NCBI RefSeq assembly: GCF_035084215.1
Contig: NC_090338.1
Coordinates: 57,164,001-57,228,000, forward strand
Length of the DNA: 64,000 nt
DNA from: Heptranchias perlo
Taxonomy: Eukaryota
Reading direction: 5' to 3'
Made by a program: the position numbers and the translations under genes. The notes below the pieces were generated by a model. It was not told the DNA's origin. It made no database searches and saw nothing but the letters and a program-made list of their open reading frames with translations. Positions 61,330 through 64,000 of this stretch are shown piece after piece; position 1 is the stretch's first letter; every line of letters begins with the position of its first letter.

Positions 61330-62302
61330 TGTGGAAATGAAATCCTCGAACCTTTCGCATTTATAAATCACAGAACAATACCTGGTGATTACAGATAGTC
61401 TTTCCAACTGCCCGTTGCCAAGGCAATCAAAGTGTTCAGAAAGAGAGGTGTTACCTACAGGGCCACCGAATATACAATGACAACGAACACCTCGCTATGG
61501 CCATCCCCACACCTCCACAACTCGCCTTTAAACAGCCACCCAACCTCAAACAAACCATCGTTCCCAGCAAATTACCTAGCTTTCAGGAGAACAGCGTCCA
61601 CGACACCACACAACCCTGCCACGGTAACCTCTGCAAGACATGCCAGATCATCGACACAGATACCACCATCACACGAGAGGACACCACCTACCAGGTGCAT
61701 GGTTCATACTCCTGTGACTCGGCCAACGTTGTCTACCTCATACATTGCAGGAAAGGATGCCCTAGAGCATGGTACATTGGCGAGACCATGCAGACGCTGC
61801 GACAACGGATGAACGGGCACCGCGCAACAATCGCCAGACAGGAGGGTTCCCTCCCAGTCAGGGAACACGTCAGCAGTCAAGGATATTCAGCCACCGACCT
61901 TCGGGTAAGCGTACTCCAAGGCGGCCTTCGAGACACACGACAACTCAAAATCGTCGAGCAGAAATTGATAGCCAAGTTCCGCACCCATGAGGACGGCCTC
62001 AACCGGGATCTTGGGTTCATGTCACGCTACACGTAACCCCACCAGTGAACAAAAGTTATCTGTTTTTAATATAACGGGTCATTTGCTGTCTTTCTCTTCC
62101 TTCCGGATGTTTCTATGTTTCTGCCTCTCTCTCTCTCTGTTTTTTTTTGGTTGTTTGTATATTCGGTGGCCCTGTAGGTAACACCTCTCTGTCTGAACAC
62201 TTTGATTGCCTTGGCAACGGGCAGTTGGAAAGACTGTCTGTAATCACCAGGTATTGTTCTGTGATTTATAAATGCGAAAGGTTCGAGGATTTCATTTCCA
62301 CA

Positions 62303-62340
62303 TTCACCTGAGGAAGGAGGAAGCCTCCGAAAGCTTGTGA
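62303..62340 (+). ncRNA. Minimal hammerhead ribozyme (P4 forward arm)
   Basis: ttcac-CTGAGGA-a-ggagg(aag)cctcc-GAAA-gc-tt-gtga. Confidence 0.8.
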
Positions 62341-63499
62341 TTTTCAAATAAAATTGTTGGACTATAACTTGGTGTTGTAAAATTGTTTACAATTGGGAAT
62401 ATATCACCGTTCCTTCATTGTCGCTGGGTCAAAATCCTGGAACTCCCTACCTAACAGCACTGTGGGAGAACCTTCACCACACGGACTGCAGCGGTTCAAG
62501 AAGGCGGCTCACCGCCACCTTCTCAAGGGCTATTAGGGATGGGTAATAAATGCTGGCCTTGCCAGCGATGCCCACATCCCATAAATGAATAATAAAAAAA
62601 AGGGCAGGAGTCTCAGAATCTGGTGTTGTGACCTACAGGATCTGATAAGTTTAAATATCTAGATATCGGTCAGGCTCAGTTCGCAGCTCTCAAGCTGCTG
62701 AATAGAAGCTCAACCCCCACTCCAGGACTTCACCCATATTCTAGCCCAATGCTTCAGCGCAGTACGAAGGGAATGCTGTATTGTTGGAGCTGCTTTGTTT
62801 CAGAATTAAACATTAAACCACAGCCCCATCTGCCAGTTCAGAAGCATGTAAAAGATGCCACATTTGAAGAAGAGTCAAGAGTTTTCCTGGTGCCCTGGCC
62901 AACATTCTGCCCTCAACCAACATCACCAAGAAAAAAAACAAATTGACTGATTATTCTTCTCATTTGCTGTTTGCAGGATCTTGCTTTGGGCGATTGCCTA
63001 TATAGGAATAGTGTCTGCACTTCACAAATAATTTGTGGTTAGTAAGCACTCTTGGCTGTCCTCGAAAAGTGATAAGGTACTATATAAATCTAAGTACTTT
63101 CTTTCTAAATCATACCAATTTTAAATACTCTTCAGATCATTTTAGCACCAATTCATCATTATTTGATTTCAATGCAGATATTTTAGTATTTTGCAGTGAA
63201 ATGTCCTCCATTACATGGCTACTTTGTCAGCAGGCAGACAGAACCTCCAAGAAAACAGGTGAGATCAATTTATTTTCGGTCTCCGCTGTTTCTGCCGACT
63301 TGACTTGAAGCAGAGTTTCCATCCATCTCTGACAAGGCTGGGGCAGGGACTCCCTAAGACCGGAGTTCCCAGACCTGACTCTGGATGGCGACTCAGCGTA
63401 TCCGTGGCAGCTGGTACACCAGGAAATATGTGGTGTACCAACCTCTAAAAAAGCTCAAGTGGGCCCCAACAGTGGGGTTATTATGACATGATTTGTAAT

Positions 63500-64000
63500 T
63501 TTAAAAAGTCTCTCTAAAATAACCGGTCATTTGCAGTTTAAAAACCTCTCTAATATACTCACACATTTACCGTTTAAAACCCTCTAATATACTCACAAAT
63601 TTACTGTTTAAAAACCTCTAATATACTCACATATACTGTTTAAAAACCTCTCGAATATACTCACACATATATTGCTTGAAAATCTCACCAATATACTCAA
63701 AAATAAACTGTTTAAAAATCACTAAAATACACTCACACATTTATTGATTAAAAACCTCTCTAATATACTCACACATTTATTCTTTAAAAACCTCTCTAAT
63801 ATACTCACACAATTATTATATAGAAACCTCTCTAATATACTCACACATTTATTGTTTAAAAACCTCTCTAATATACTCACACATTTATTATATAGAAACC
63901 TCTCTAATATACTCACACTTATTATTTAAAAACCTCTCGAATATACTCACACATTTATTATTTAGAAACATTTAATATACTCACACATTTATTATTTAGA
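63500..64000. repeat. ~36-bp satellite array running off the window end
   Basis: (acacatttattgtttaaaaacctctctaatatactc)n. Confidence 0.9.

Larger units (their letters stand above)
61201..62394 (+). mobile_element. Penelope-like element P4 with inverted terminal arm (61201-61477) and GIY-YIG ORF (61497-62036)
   Basis: CHGNLCKTC...NVVYLIHC..WYIGET. TSD ggaaatatatc/gggaatatatc. Confidence 0.93.
59744..63700. repeat. Tandem duplication of a 1433-bp unit (59744-61176; second copy from 61177, interrupted by Penelope P4)
   Basis: LINE-B tail, Deu-SINE, unique sequence and satellite are repeated near-identically at 62395 onwards. Confidence 0.92.

Noticed and set aside
63500-64000. Regularly spaced ~36-bp repeats resembling a CRISPR array
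   Set aside because: Head-to-tail satellite without unique spacers, in eukaryotic DNA.

Overview
Vertebrate genomic DNA, most likely a shark or other cartilaginous fish (inferred from the Deu-domain SINE, CR1/L2 LINE and Penelope content). It holds a tandem pair of TIM-family (HAVCR/TIMD) immunoreceptor genes on the minus strand. Gene A (21346->5102) is complete: I hand-spliced 7 coding exons into a 248-aa protein (signal peptide, 6-Cys IgV, short Ser/Thr stalk, TM, tail ending RQAVEENVYSIK). Gene B (51519->~46398/45271) is the 3' part of a probable paralogue. No IgV or signal exon for it was found, so these probably lie beyond the window end. It has an arginine inside the TM helix and apparently a very short tail, suggesting an adaptor-coupled activating TIM next to a tyrosine-tailed TIM. 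The rest is mostly transposon-derived: a near-intact CR1, copies of a second LINE family (one carrying a tRNA-like head and no ORF1), L2, Deu-SINEs, Harbinger relics and MITEs, a solo LTR, and five Penelope-like insertions. These insertions carry six minimal hammerhead ribozymes, two have inverted-repeat structures, and one 104-bp insertion begins at the predicted ribozyme cleavage site. There is also a 1.43-kb tandem duplication and several minisatellites. All calls were made by eye; TE boundaries are approximate unless target-site duplications (TSDs) are given.
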